IMG/VR virus record: IMGVR_UViG_3300028666_000022
Coordinates: 124,001-188,000 of that record
Length of the DNA stretch: 64,000 bases
Reading direction: 5' to 3' (one strand)
This document shows positions 1 to 9,481 of this stretch, piece after piece. The stretch's first letter is position 1, and each line of letters begins with the position of its first letter. The position numbers and the translations under genes are program-made. A model generated the notes under the pieces. That model had not been told where the DNA came from, did not search any database, and saw only the letters and a program-made list of their open reading frames with translations.

Positions 1-166
1 CATCATCAACAATACCGTTTTCATATTCCTTAAATAAATCATCTTTTACATTACTAGCATATTTACTAGCATATCCAAATTTAATTGAACCTTCACTAAG
101 ACTAATATTAGTCTTGATCGCATAATTGATGATTTCAATTGCTTTATCTATTCTTTCACTTGTCAT
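1..166 (-). CDS. Hypothetical protein, runs off the left edge (MTSERIDKAIEIINYAIK...)
   Basis: Read manually: ATG at 166, open to position 1; follows the promoter at 205-235. Confidence 0.75.
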   Translation of the reverse strand, partial: MTSERIDKAIEIINYAIKTNISLSEGSIKFGYASKYASNVKDDLFKEYENGIVDD

Positions 167-204
167 AAATATTGTTTTTAATTAATGTTATTAAATATTT
201 TCAA

Positions 205-235
205 CAAACTTATTATAAATTATAATTAGTTGCAA
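205..235 (-). promoter_or_regulatory. Bacteroidota-type sigma70 promoter (TTG-N20-TAAGTTTG)
   Basis: Plus-strand CAAACTTA at 205-212 and CAA at 233-235, 20-nt spacer; matches the Bacteroidota -33 TTG / -7 TAnnTTTG consensus. Confidence 0.7.
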
Positions 236-262
236 GGGTTTTAAAAAATATATTGAATTTTT

Positions 263-571
263 CTAAATAAAAACATTACCATTTTCTTTCAAAAACTTAA
301 TACTTTCTTCAATTTTTTTACATTCTTCTTTAAAACTAGCCTCATTTTCAAGGCTTAAGTTAAACCATTCACCTTCTTTTCTAAGATGAGTATATCTCCG
401 ATGTAATGTTCTTTCTACTTTATCTGCAAAATCACATTCATATACCTCAATAAATTTTAATTCTGATGAATTTCCGGTCTGAAGTTGTTTCAGCCTTTTT
501 TTAGGATTAGTAGAAACACCAATTTTATAGTAACCATCTTCTTGGGATTGAATCAAATAAACGAATTTCAT
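263..571 (-). CDS. GIY-YIG nuclease, T5orf172/MUG113-like
   Basis: FVYLI...YKIG.S.NP.KRLKQLQTGN...GEWF motifs. Confidence 0.85.
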   Translation of the reverse strand: MKFVYLIQSQEDGYYKIGVSTNPKKRLKQLQTGNSSELKFIEVYECDFADKVERTLHRRYTHLRKEGEWFNLSLENEASFKEECKKIEESIKFLKENGNVFI

Positions 572-948
572 TTCTTTTTAATCCAAATTTTACCATAAAA
601 TAATTGAAATGTTAGGGTAAAACATAGAAATAAGATTAATGGATCAATATATAGATTATATATTGGTTTATAAAATATAGCACCGAGACAAAGACATACT
701 ATCATCATAGTTTTGCTGAAATGCCATAAATTAGTTAACCAACAAAAAATAGTAGATGATCCTAAGAATTTTTCACCTTGTTTATAATCACCATTTTTCC
801 ACATATTTTGCCAAGAAAATGGATTAATACATTTAATTATTTTGGGGTTTTTAATTTTACTAAAAACAGAAACATTCCATCTGGAATTAATAATATCCAT
901 AATAGAATTAAAAAATCCCGCTAAAACAAATAGTATTGCTGTTATCAT
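568..948 (-). CDS. Membrane protein
   Basis: Several hydrophobic segments; ATGA overlaps with both neighbours. Confidence 0.7.
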   Translation of the reverse strand: MITAILFVLAGFFNSIMDIINSRWNVSVFSKIKNPKIIKCINPFSWQNMWKNGDYKQGEKFLGSSTIFCWLTNLWHFSKTMMIVCLCLGAIFYKPIYNLYIDPLILFLCFTLTFQLFYGKIWIKKK

Positions 949-1178
949 TTCTTTTTAAATTTATTGATTAAGAATTTTGTTGGTATAATTATCCAAGCAT
1001 ATATAAGACTTACTAAACCAAACATTATTAAATAAGCAAGAAAGGGTGTTGATAACCAGAAGAATAAATCATTATCTGTTACTGCACATATTAAAAATAG
1101 TATAATACAAGCAAATAACGAAATAATTATTTTAAGTCCACCATCTTTTTCAAAAAGAAAATTAATTATATTTTTCAT
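945..1178 (-). CDS. Small two-TM membrane protein
   Basis: Two hydrophobic helices and a basic C-terminus. Confidence 0.65.
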   Translation of the reverse strand: MKNIINFLFEKDGGLKIIISLFACIILFLICAVTDNDLFFWLSTPFLAYLIMFGLVSLIYAWIIIPTKFLINKFKKK

Positions 1179-1186
1179 TTTATTTA

Positions 1187-1804
1187 TTATTTTAGAATTC
1201 CTAATATTTTTAAATATGCGTAACCTGTTGTGTAACTGTCACTTAAATCGTAGTTAATATCTTTAGGTTCTTTAGTATCTTTTTTATAAAACCATTCAAT
1301 TTGTGGTTCGAGTTTAGCAACTTTTTCCCAAATGTATCTTTTTTTGTCTTTTCTATATTTTTCAGGAAAACTAAGTGTTTCTATTTTCTCACCCTTTTTG
1401 TTATATGATGTTTTAACCAATTCAGTTAGAAAAAGTTTTCTTCCTTCATATATTCCAAGTTTATATGGAAATAAACCAAACACTTCATGAAGCACATATC
1501 TTGCCATTCCATTAAAACCAAGTAATAATGCAGTAGTATTAATGTTTACTGGAGTATTTTGTAATGGTGCTTCAACAACAATGTGAATTATTTCACCATT
1601 TAATTCATTTTCAATTCTATTTTTAAAATCAATACAATAGTTTTTAAATACATCGCATTTGTGAAGATCTCTGCAGTCCGTGGATATATTATCATCATTT
1701 TTTAAAGCCAGATGTTTAAGTTCAATAAGTTTACCTTTGTCATTCCATAAAGCACAACCTACATTAGTAGTAGAAATATCTAGTGACCAAATATATTTTT
1801 CCAT
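1187..1804 (-). CDS. RuvC-like Holliday junction resolvase
   Basis: RNase H-fold acidic motifs SLDISTTNVG, VVEAP, DLSDS. Confidence 0.75.
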   Translation of the reverse strand: MEKYIWSLDISTTNVGCALWNDKGKLIELKHLALKNDDNISTDCRDLHKCDVFKNYCIDFKNRIENELNGEIIHIVVEAPLQNTPVNINTTALLLGFNGMARYVLHEVFGLFPYKLGIYEGRKLFLTELVKTSYNKKGEKIETLSFPEKYRKDKKRYIWEKVAKLEPQIEWFYKKDTKEPKDINYDLSDSYTTGYAYLKILGILK

Positions 1805-1814
1805 AAATCAAATT

Positions 1815-2126
1815 TTAACATAAATCTTCAACATAATTTTTAATTTCTTCCATTGTTGCACCAGCTTCAATCATTTCTAAAATATCTGATTTAACTATAT
1901 CATAATATTCTTCACTTTTAGCTGAATCAATTTCAGAACAAATAGTTTCAATATTATAATTAGTGTAACTCATTCTACTATTGGTGGCGTGACAAAGTAC
2001 TGAACTATAATCACTCTCAAGTCTGTTGTAATCTTTTAATTTCCAAATTTGCCATTTAATGTACTCTAACCAATACCATTCTACTGGATGTGTTAAATCA
2101 AACCAAAATCTTTTTAATTTTTTCAT
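1815..2126 (-). CDS. Hypothetical protein
   Basis: ORF track; abuts its neighbours. Confidence 0.65.
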   Translation of the reverse strand: MKKLKRFWFDLTHPVEWYWLEYIKWQIWKLKDYNRLESDYSSVLCHATNSRMSYTNYNIETICSEIDSAKSEEYYDIVKSDILEMIEAGATMEEIKNYVEDLC

Positions 2127-2326
2127 TATTGTTTTTCTTTTACCTCATCAATTAATTTTTGAGTACCTTTGGGATCATATAAATATAGTTTTATTAGATC
2201 TTCGATGATGCCACCAATTTTTATGCTTTTACCTCTGCAAAGAGTTTTGAATTTATAATGTAATCCACCATCGATTATTATCGATTTAGATTTTGGCACA
2301 TTATTTTTTGTTGTAATATTTTCCAT
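2126..2326 (-). CDS. Ribbon-helix-helix-like DNA-binding protein
   Basis: KSIIID strand followed by two helices (LHYKFKTLC, IGGIIEDLIKLY). Confidence 0.65.
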   Translation of the reverse strand: MENITTKNNVPKSKSIIIDGGLHYKFKTLCRGKSIKIGGIIEDLIKLYLYDPKGTQKLIDEVKEKQ

Positions 2327-2376
2327 TTAATTTAAATTATTAATATATTAATTATTATGTTTTTATTCAATTTTAA

Positions 2377-2385
2377 TATAAATAC
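2377..2385 (-). promoter_or_regulatory. Putative late promoter GTATTTATA
   Basis: Recurrent intergenic motif, upstream of 2326. Confidence 0.55.
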
Positions 2386-2458
2386 TAAAAATTTATAAAA
2401 AAATATAAAATATTATGAAATAATCATAATTAATTAAATTAATCTCAAATATTTGTTT

Positions 2459-3202
2459 TTAAAAATCTAATGCAAAAACAATTGTTCTTGAAATTGTTGC
2501 ATCTTTAGAGATTGGATCGTTTAATTTAGCAATACCAATTAAATTTTTATTGGTATCATATAATCCTATTTCGGTGATAAAGACTTGAGATAAGTTATCC
2601 CATGTAGCATTTGTACTTGAATTAAATTGATTTAATGGTAAATTAATAGCAAGATCAGTAGTATATGCAATAGCTTCAATATCGGTAGAAACATTGCCAA
2701 AAAAATATTCTTCATCACCAAAACATAATTTATCATCATCAACACTTAATTTACTTGGATAATTTAAATAATTTAAGTTATAAGATGTCATTGAATCATA
2801 TTTATATAATGGTACGCCAAAAACAGATGATGTAATATTTGCTGGTGTTAAAGTAAATGTATTTCCTGTAGTATATCCGCTTACTTTATTTGTTACATCA
2901 AACATTTTCCAATTACTTGAAATTGGTTTAACGTCAGTAAGTTTACTATATGTTGAATTATTGATTAATTGAACTAAAATAAATATTTTATTTGCAGTAA
3001 ATCCAGTGCTACCATTTGGTGATAAGAATTTAAAATCATTTTTATTATCAAAATGAAGATTAACTTCTTTATTAACTATTGTATCAAGAAGAATTGAATT
3101 AATATAATTACAGTGTATTGCTTCACTATAACCACATCCATTAGTACTACCAGAATTAGGTACTAAAAGATAAGAAAAATATACTGTGAAACCGTTTGCC
3201 AT
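2459..3202 (-). CDS. Tail/baseplate structural protein (tail-collar-fibre-like C-terminal motif)
   Basis: Ends ITEIGLYDTNKNLIGIAKL...LDF; structural operon context. Confidence 0.6.
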   Translation of the reverse strand: MANGFTVYFSYLLVPNSGSTNGCGYSEAIHCNYINSILLDTIVNKEVNLHFDNKNDFKFLSPNGSTGFTANKIFILVQLINNSTYSKLTDVKPISSNWKMFDVTNKVSGYTTGNTFTLTPANITSSVFGVPLYKYDSMTSYNLNYLNYPSKLSVDDDKLCFGDEEYFFGNVSTDIEAIAYTTDLAINLPLNQFNSSTNATWDNLSQVFITEIGLYDTNKNLIGIAKLNDPISKDATISRTIVFALDF

Positions 3203-3215
3203 TAATAATTTTTAT

Positions 3216-3224
3216 TATAAATAG
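3216..3224 (-). promoter_or_regulatory. Putative late promoter variant CTATTTATA
   Basis: 13 nt upstream of the ATG at 3202. Confidence 0.45.
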
Positions 3225-4016
3225 TTAAAAATTCATTATTGAATTATTTCTATCGATATATGTTATACCATATTGATTTATTCCGCATGTTGTTAATGGA
3301 ACATTAGTGTCTAACCAATCTTCATTTGAATTTAAATTAATTTGAAAATCAGACATACTTGGATTTTTATCATAAGTATATTGAAAATATGTTTCAATAA
3401 ATCCAGGTTTTAATATTAATTGTCCCCCAATACTTGGTGATGGTCCAACAACATTTTCAACAATATTTGTATGAATTTCATCACTTAACGAATTGAATTT
3501 AAATGTAGTAATATTACAACTACAGCACGAAGAACAACATCCACATGAACAACAAGAACACGAGCAACAGCATGTACAACTACAACATCCACAAACATTA
3601 ATACTATTAATTGAATAATTAACAACTTTTTGAGAAGTTAATGGTGCATTATCTAATGTTTTAAGCCATAAATATAATGTTGAAATATTTTGATTTGGAT
3701 AACCACAATAGTGATTATTAATATTTGTTCCATTTACATTAAAAATAAGATTTTCGTCTTGAGTATTACCAATAACAATTGAACTTGTTGGTGTTTGTGT
3801 TGTTGTAGTAGTTGTAACCAATGGATCAACTGTTAATTCTTGTTGAAATGAACAACCATTTGAGTCTGTAATAATTAACGTATAAAAACCATTGGGTACA
3901 TCATCAAATTCATATGCACCAATAGCATCATGAACATTAACTGGAATTAAACTAGGTGTTAATTCTGCAGTAAAAGGTGCTACTCCACTAACTATCGTAT
4001 ATTTTATTGTTGACAT
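3225..4016 (-). CDS. Virion-associated protein: Ig/SprB-like N-domain, poly-Thr linker, internal poly-Cys tract
   Basis: SGVAPF...GFYTLIITDSNGC; VTTTTTTQTPT; 16 Cys in 26 aa at 3516-3593. Confidence 0.65.
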   Translation of the reverse strand: MSTIKYTIVSGVAPFTAELTPSLIPVNVHDAIGAYEFDDVPNGFYTLIITDSNGCSFQQELTVDPLVTTTTTTQTPTSSIVIGNTQDENLIFNVNGTNINNHYCGYPNQNISTLYLWLKTLDNAPLTSQKVVNYSINSINVCGCCSCTCCCSCSCCSCGCCSSCCSCNITTFKFNSLSDEIHTNIVENVVGPSPSIGGQLILKPGFIETYFQYTYDKNPSMSDFQINLNSNEDWLDTNVPLTTCGINQYGITYIDRNNSIMNF

Positions 4017-4041
4017 TTCATTTATATTTTATATAATATTT

Positions 4042-5271
4042 TTAACAACAACTGCCACATCCACAACAGCAACTATTGGAGGAAATAGTATTAAATTCAC
4101 TAACAGTAGTATTTGTTCCCAAAATAAAATTACCACCAATTTTACAAGCAATCGTAAACATACTAACAGTAGCACAATTTGTATAATTATAACCACAATT
4201 TGATAAATTACTATTTGCTATGGCATAAAATCTTAATGAATTAATATTTGTAGTATTAATATCAATATAATCATAATTGTGACATAAACAATTGCTAGTT
4301 GTTTGTGCTTGAAGAACCGTATTTATTGTGTTACAACAATTAGTATCACCAACAGTACAAACATATGAACAAGATGAGATTGATTGAGGTAAATTAACAA
4401 GACTACTTGATTGAGCACAGTCAACAAAACAAATTCTAAAACTTTGTCCAGAAGTTAAAGCAGGGGTTGTACTTATTGTTCCATATTTACAACCACATAC
4501 TAAAGGATTTGTAGTTAAATCAACGGGAACAAAATTTACGATAATTGGTGTTAATGTCGTTGTGGTAGTTGTTGTTGTAGGAACATTACTTTCATTTGTT
4601 TTTAATGTATTATTTAATATTGTTTCATTAAAACCAAACGGTATTGCACAAAATAATGTTAATACTGAACAACCACTTGTTGCAGTTGGTGTCGAACAAC
4701 ATGTACAGCAACTAGAAAATGAAGTAGATATGCTATAACGCAACAAATCTCCTTCACATAATGTAATCTGTGGTATTGTTTGAAAGTTATTATTTATATC
4801 ATATTTTACACTTATCCAATTATTGGTTCCATTTGCTTTACATGAAACACTAACATTACTATATAGTCCATTATTAGAATCACCCAAAGTACATGAATTA
4901 AAACATAAATTAACACATTCACCCATTGATAATGCTGGTGATATGTTTAAACAATCAGTAACACAGCAATTATTTGAACCAGCAGGTGAATTTGGTACAC
5001 CAGCTAAGTTAATTGTTTTTGTTGCTAATGTAGTTGTTCCTACTGTCACTGGTGTTGTAAATCCAGTACTAATTGAATTTCCAATATTATCTCTAACACT
5101 TAAACTATATGTAGTATTAGGAAATAATCCTCCAAATATATTACATGAACAACAAGTACTACCTGAATGCTCAATTATTTTTTGTTGCAAAACAGTATTA
5201 CAACCATTTAAACAAATTTGAGCAATGAATGGTTCAAAATTACCACCTATTTTAAATTTTAAATCACCCAT
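4042..5271 (-). CDS. Cys/Thr-rich virion-associated protein ending SCCCGCGSCC
   Basis: FN3-like N-terminus (LFPNTTYSLSVRD), PTTTTTTTTLTP linker, domain shared with 7506-9479. Confidence 0.65.
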   Translation of the reverse strand: MGDLKFKIGGNFEPFIAQICLNGCNTVLQQKIIEHSGSTCCSCNIFGGLFPNTTYSLSVRDNIGNSISTGFTTPVTVGTTTLATKTINLAGVPNSPAGSNNCCVTDCLNISPALSMGECVNLCFNSCTLGDSNNGLYSNVSVSCKANGTNNWISVKYDINNNFQTIPQITLCEGDLLRYSISTSFSSCCTCCSTPTATSGCSVLTLFCAIPFGFNETILNNTLKTNESNVPTTTTTTTTLTPIIVNFVPVDLTTNPLVCGCKYGTISTTPALTSGQSFRICFVDCAQSSSLVNLPQSISSCSYVCTVGDTNCCNTINTVLQAQTTSNCLCHNYDYIDINTTNINSLRFYAIANSNLSNCGYNYTNCATVSMFTIACKIGGNFILGTNTTVSEFNTISSNSCCCGCGSCC

Positions 5272-5273
5272 AA

Positions 5274-7451
5274 TTATACTATATTAATATTTTTGCTTAC
5301 AGTAAACATTATAATATTATTCAATCTTTCTCTAATTGAAACAACATAATTACCAGTACCATTAACATACAATTTTTTCGGTGCTCCAACAGTGCTAACC
5401 GTTTCCCAATTTAATGCTGAAGATGTTGATGGATGTATATTAAATTCTATCGTACCAACAATAGGATTAAAATTATTTGTAATAGTAAGTAAATAATTAC
5501 TTATTGTCACATATTTACCACCACTATCAGAATTTTGATTTAATGTAAATAAAGAATATAGTGGGTTACCAACAGCAACATAATCTCTTGAAAGCATAAA
5601 ATCAAATAAACCTCCAGTATCTCTAGTAACGATAGTATATGGTAAAGTAAACGTTAAGTCATTAAATATCGCTTCACCCAAATTAAATGATTGCCATTGA
5701 ATTGTAAAATCTGGAGCACCATAAGATTTAATTCCTATTGATGGTGTACCATATGTTATTCCAATATCACTTTGAAGTATTTTAATATTCGTTGGTCTAA
5801 TTTGAGTAATATTAAAATCTGGAATTAATCCACTTGGGGTAATTTGAGCATCATATAAATATAATGGACCGGTTGGGTTTGATATTGTAACACCACTTGT
5901 AACAACACAATTTGGTGATCCTAAATCATATAATTTTACTATATAATTACCAGTATTTAAATTATTAACTAATGTATTTCCAGTAATTGGTTGATAATAT
6001 AACCTATTAGTTCCACTAAGAACTTCAAGTATTAATTGTCCACTATTATTTTGTATATTATATATATTTATTTTACCATCAGTACCATTAATAATACTTG
6101 GTGAACTACCGCTAACATTATAAGTAACTAAACACCTGTTGCATCCAATTATGATATTATCATTAATTCCAACATTATAATTAGGTAGCGTCCATGATCT
6201 ATTTGATTTGTATGACATTGCAAATAATATTTCTTGATCTTCAATTACAAATATTTTTAAATCGTTAAAAATTTTACCAACAATATTACCCTGTAAATCA
6301 CCTAAATTATAATATGTGGTATTTAATGATCTTGTTACTCCAGTTAATGTTTTAACATCACCAATAGCTTTTAATGTTAAACCTAATTTTTTATTTGGTG
6401 ATTTATGCCACATTATAGTGGGAAGATTTAATGTAGGGGTATTTTTATATAATTCTTCTGCATATGTATTAGATGGTGAAGAATTTGTATAATGAATAAT
6501 TCCTAGTTTTTTTAAAACAGGAGCTTGGTTTTGAATGTATGAAACAAATCCACCATAAACATTACTTTTATATTCACCAAAATTTTTATTTGTTGTTTGA
6601 ACACCAATAATATTATCAGTATATACTATTGACATATTCCAAAAAGGAAATGTTATTGTAGGACATTGACTATTTTGAAGAAATGCAATAACTTCTTCAT
6701 TAATATAATCAGTAGAACTATTATTAAAAATTGATGTTCCAGTATAATTTATATAATTATAATAAACCAAAGCACCTGCAACAACATTACTTGAACCACC
6801 AATTAATTTACTAAAATCAGGTAAATTTCTATCTACTTGAATAATCAAATTATTATTACTTAATGTACCCGATGCAATATCTTGAATTTTATAAATTAAA
6901 TATGGTGTTGGATAATTAACATTAACACTATATCCTGTTGTATTAATACTATATGGATTTGTCCATTTAATTAATAATAGATCACCTATTTGCGGTTCAT
7001 TAACATTACCTTGATATGTTGGTGCTTTAAATAATTTTAGTAAAGTACCTCCACTCAGAGTATTTAATCTAATCATTACATCTGGTTGTTTAACATGATC
7101 ACTATCAGTAATAAATGTAGTTGTACCGCTATTTATTGAAAAAAATCCTATTGGTTGTACCGTATTTTGAATAATTGTTGGTGTTGATGGAACATTATTT
7201 ATTAAATTATATGAATCACCTGAATTATTTTTTGTAATAAACGATAAGATATTTGGATTTTTGTCTGCAGGTCTTAATATTAAAGAATTAAATGGATTAA
7301 AATTTGTTTCATTATTAAAATTATAATCAATTTCACTATCACCAATTGCAAAATATTTAAAATTTAAATTACCTTTAGATATTAATTCTCTACCCTTTGA
7401 AGTTAATTTTATATTTAAAACTATTGGATCTTTTTTATCAATAAATGCCAT
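5274..7451 (-). CDS. Tail/baseplate structural protein with appended Ig-like domains
   Basis: N-terminal LTSKGRELISKG..F.YFAIGDSE motif; beta-rich C-terminal half. Confidence 0.6.
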   Translation of the reverse strand: MAFIDKKDPIVLNIKLTSKGRELISKGNLNFKYFAIGDSEIDYNFNNETNFNPFNSLILRPADKNPNILSFITKNNSGDSYNLINNVPSTPTIIQNTVQPIGFFSINSGTTTFITDSDHVKQPDVMIRLNTLSGGTLLKLFKAPTYQGNVNEPQIGDLLLIKWTNPYSINTTGYSVNVNYPTPYLIYKIQDIASGTLSNNNLIIQVDRNLPDFSKLIGGSSNVVAGALVYYNYINYTGTSIFNNSSTDYINEEVIAFLQNSQCPTITFPFWNMSIVYTDNIIGVQTTNKNFGEYKSNVYGGFVSYIQNQAPVLKKLGIIHYTNSSPSNTYAEELYKNTPTLNLPTIMWHKSPNKKLGLTLKAIGDVKTLTGVTRSLNTTYYNLGDLQGNIVGKIFNDLKIFVIEDQEILFAMSYKSNRSWTLPNYNVGINDNIIIGCNRCLVTYNVSGSSPSIINGTDGKINIYNIQNNSGQLILEVLSGTNRLYYQPITGNTLVNNLNTGNYIVKLYDLGSPNCVVTSGVTISNPTGPLYLYDAQITPSGLIPDFNITQIRPTNIKILQSDIGITYGTPSIGIKSYGAPDFTIQWQSFNLGEAIFNDLTFTLPYTIVTRDTGGLFDFMLSRDYVAVGNPLYSLFTLNQNSDSGGKYVTISNYLLTITNNFNPIVGTIEFNIHPSTSSALNWETVSTVGAPKKLYVNGTGNYVVSIRERLNNIIMFTVSKNINIV

Positions 7452-7467
7452 TTAATTAATATTTTAT

Positions 7468-7476
7468 TATAAATAC
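7468..7476 (-). promoter_or_regulatory. Putative late promoter GTATTTATA
   Basis: 16 nt upstream of the ATG at 7451. Confidence 0.6.
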
Positions 7477-7505
7477 AAAAAAATATTTTTTAATTATTCA
7501 TATAA

Positions 7506-9479
7506 TTAACAACAAGAACAACTACAAGAACAAGAGCAACTACAAGAACAAGAGCAACTACAAGAACAAGAGCAACTACAAGAACAAGAGCAACTACAAG
7601 AACAAGAGCAAGAATTACTTAAAGCATTATGCGTTGAATCGCAATGTTTATTTACATCTATACTTGGTATTATTCCAATGCTTGAATTAATTCCAATAAT
7701 ATCAATAATTGAACAAGCACATGATGTTCCATTATTTGCATTTAATTTATAACATAGAGTATCACCATTATTTATGTTAAACTGGATAATACCACTGTTT
7801 GGATTAATACTACTATCAACAAAACATTTGGTTAAATAAGTAGATCCTAATGATGGTTTACAACTAATTGTAACACAAGCAGTAGTATTATTACCACAAC
7901 AAGTACTACCACAACTAATTAAACAATATGAAAGACAAGTATTAATATATTCACCAATTGGTACTGGAATATTAGTGTTAATGTAACCATTAGTTAATGA
8001 AATTGATGCATTTTGATTACAAAAACTAAGTGTTATTGGCACTGCTGGATTTATATTAGAAGCACAATCACTTTTTAAGGAAACATTAAGTATTGGATTT
8101 ACACCAATTGACGATGTTAAATTAGTAATACATAATTTTTCACTAGAAGAATTACCGGGATTTGGAGAAACTAATGTTGACGTATAACATAAAGAATCAC
8201 CATTTCTTGCAATTATTGTTGCTGATTGTGGTTGTGACATTAAATTATTAACAGTAGAAACAGGAACAAATGCATTACAACCACAAACACTATTTGAATT
8301 ACATGTAAATATAATATTTGATGTGCCGCCAATGGTTGTAGTAACTGCAGATAAATTAATTGTAACACATTCTCCAACTGGAATTACGGGTGAAAAATTA
8401 AACACACCACCAATTGTACATGTTTTATTTGTAGACAAATATGTGTTTACTGTTCTATTTACTGATACATTTACATCTAATTGTGGCTTATTTGATATAA
8501 CATTTACCGAACATTTCGTTAAATTAATACTTGGGTTAGTTGTATTTAATCCATCAACTGAAGTAATACTAAAATTAGCGTTTGAATTTGACGCATAACT
8601 AACTGCATTAGTATTTACTGCATAACAAACAATATCACCATAACATAATGTAAGTGAACCGTTTCTCGGTGAAATTCCATTAGTATTTGTAATATTAACA
8701 AAATTAATAAAACAATTACAACCATTTGGTTTACAACTAAAACCAATTGAAGAACTACCATTACCAGTAACCAATGCATTAGCAACATAATTTATCTGAA
8801 TTTTTTGATCAGGAGCTAATACAGTTGGATTTATTTCAAAACAACCCGTTTCATAATTAGAAGTAGTATTAGTGACTGAAGTAATTTTCTTTATACTAAC
8901 CACTTTTGGTGTTAGAGTAACTGTAGTACTTGGTAATAAAATAAACATTGAAACTATTTTTGAATATTCGCACACAACATAATCTTTTTCAACTATATAA
9001 TCTCTAATCATTACATTATATATTTCATTTGGATCTAAATTTAAGAAAGTTGCACTATTTTGCCAAACAAAATTATTTGAATCACCCGTTGAGGGATAAA
9101 CCTTATATTGCATTATACCATTTGCACTACCAGCATTAGTTACTCTAACCCCACTAAGAAATTTATATATTAAAAAATTTGTATTTAATGTACAAAAATA
9201 ATTACTGCAATTAGGTTCACTATATGTTGAACCACTAATTAATATTTTCTTATGTATATCACTTTCAATATTAATGTGATTTAGAAAATCATTAATCCTA
9301 TTATTATATTCATTTATTGATATTGATTGTAATTGTTCTGTTGTTAATGTCGAATAAGTATTGGAATTAAATGTAAATGAATTTAATAAATTACATTGAA
9401 CAGTATTACCAGTATATGTTCCAAGTCCACAACTAATAACACAACTCATATTTAAATTATATTTTCTGGCAGTTCCCAT
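7506..9479 (-). CDS. Cys-rich virion-associated protein with three repeated beta-domains and a (Ser-Cys)17-Cys tail
   Basis: Repeats of P...G/D....I...C...GD..CY; C-terminal SC tract. Confidence 0.7.
   Translation of the reverse strand: MGTARKYNLNMSCVISCGLGTYTGNTVQCNLLNSFTFNSNTYSTLTTEQLQSISINEYNNRINDFLNHINIESDIHKKILISGSTYSEPNCSNYFCTLNTNFLIYKFLSGVRVTNAGSANGIMQYKVYPSTGDSNNFVWQNSATFLNLDPNEIYNVMIRDYIVEKDYVVCEYSKIVSMFILLPSTTVTLTPKVVSIKKITSVTNTTSNYETGCFEINPTVLAPDQKIQINYVANALVTGNGSSSIGFSCKPNGCNCFINFVNITNTNGISPRNGSLTLCYGDIVCYAVNTNAVSYASNSNANFSITSVDGLNTTNPSINLTKCSVNVISNKPQLDVNVSVNRTVNTYLSTNKTCTIGGVFNFSPVIPVGECVTINLSAVTTTIGGTSNIIFTCNSNSVCGCNAFVPVSTVNNLMSQPQSATIIARNGDSLCYTSTLVSPNPGNSSSEKLCITNLTSSIGVNPILNVSLKSDCASNINPAVPITLSFCNQNASISLTNGYINTNIPVPIGEYINTCLSYCLISCGSTCCGNNTTACVTISCKPSLGSTYLTKCFVDSSINPNSGIIQFNINNGDTLCYKLNANNGTSCACSIIDIIGINSSIGIIPSIDVNKHCDSTHNALSNSCSCSCSCSCSCSCSCSCSCSCSCSCSCSCSCSCC
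7521..7610. repeat. Perfect 18-bp tandem repeat x5 (ACTACAAGAACAAGAGCA) encoding CSCSCS
   Basis: Five exact copies read directly, with a partial copy at 7509-7520. Confidence 0.95.
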
Positions 9480-9481
9480 TT

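Noticed and set aside
4042-7520. C-terminal Cys-Cys as a eukaryotic prenylation signal, or a giant eukaryotic virus origin
   Set aside because: gp25/gp6-like baseplate genes, bacterial promoters and intrinsic terminators indicate a bacteriophage; no prenyltransferase seen.
7509-7610. Tandem repeat as a CRISPR array
   Set aside because: No spacers; contiguous 18-bp units inside a coding frame; no cas genes.
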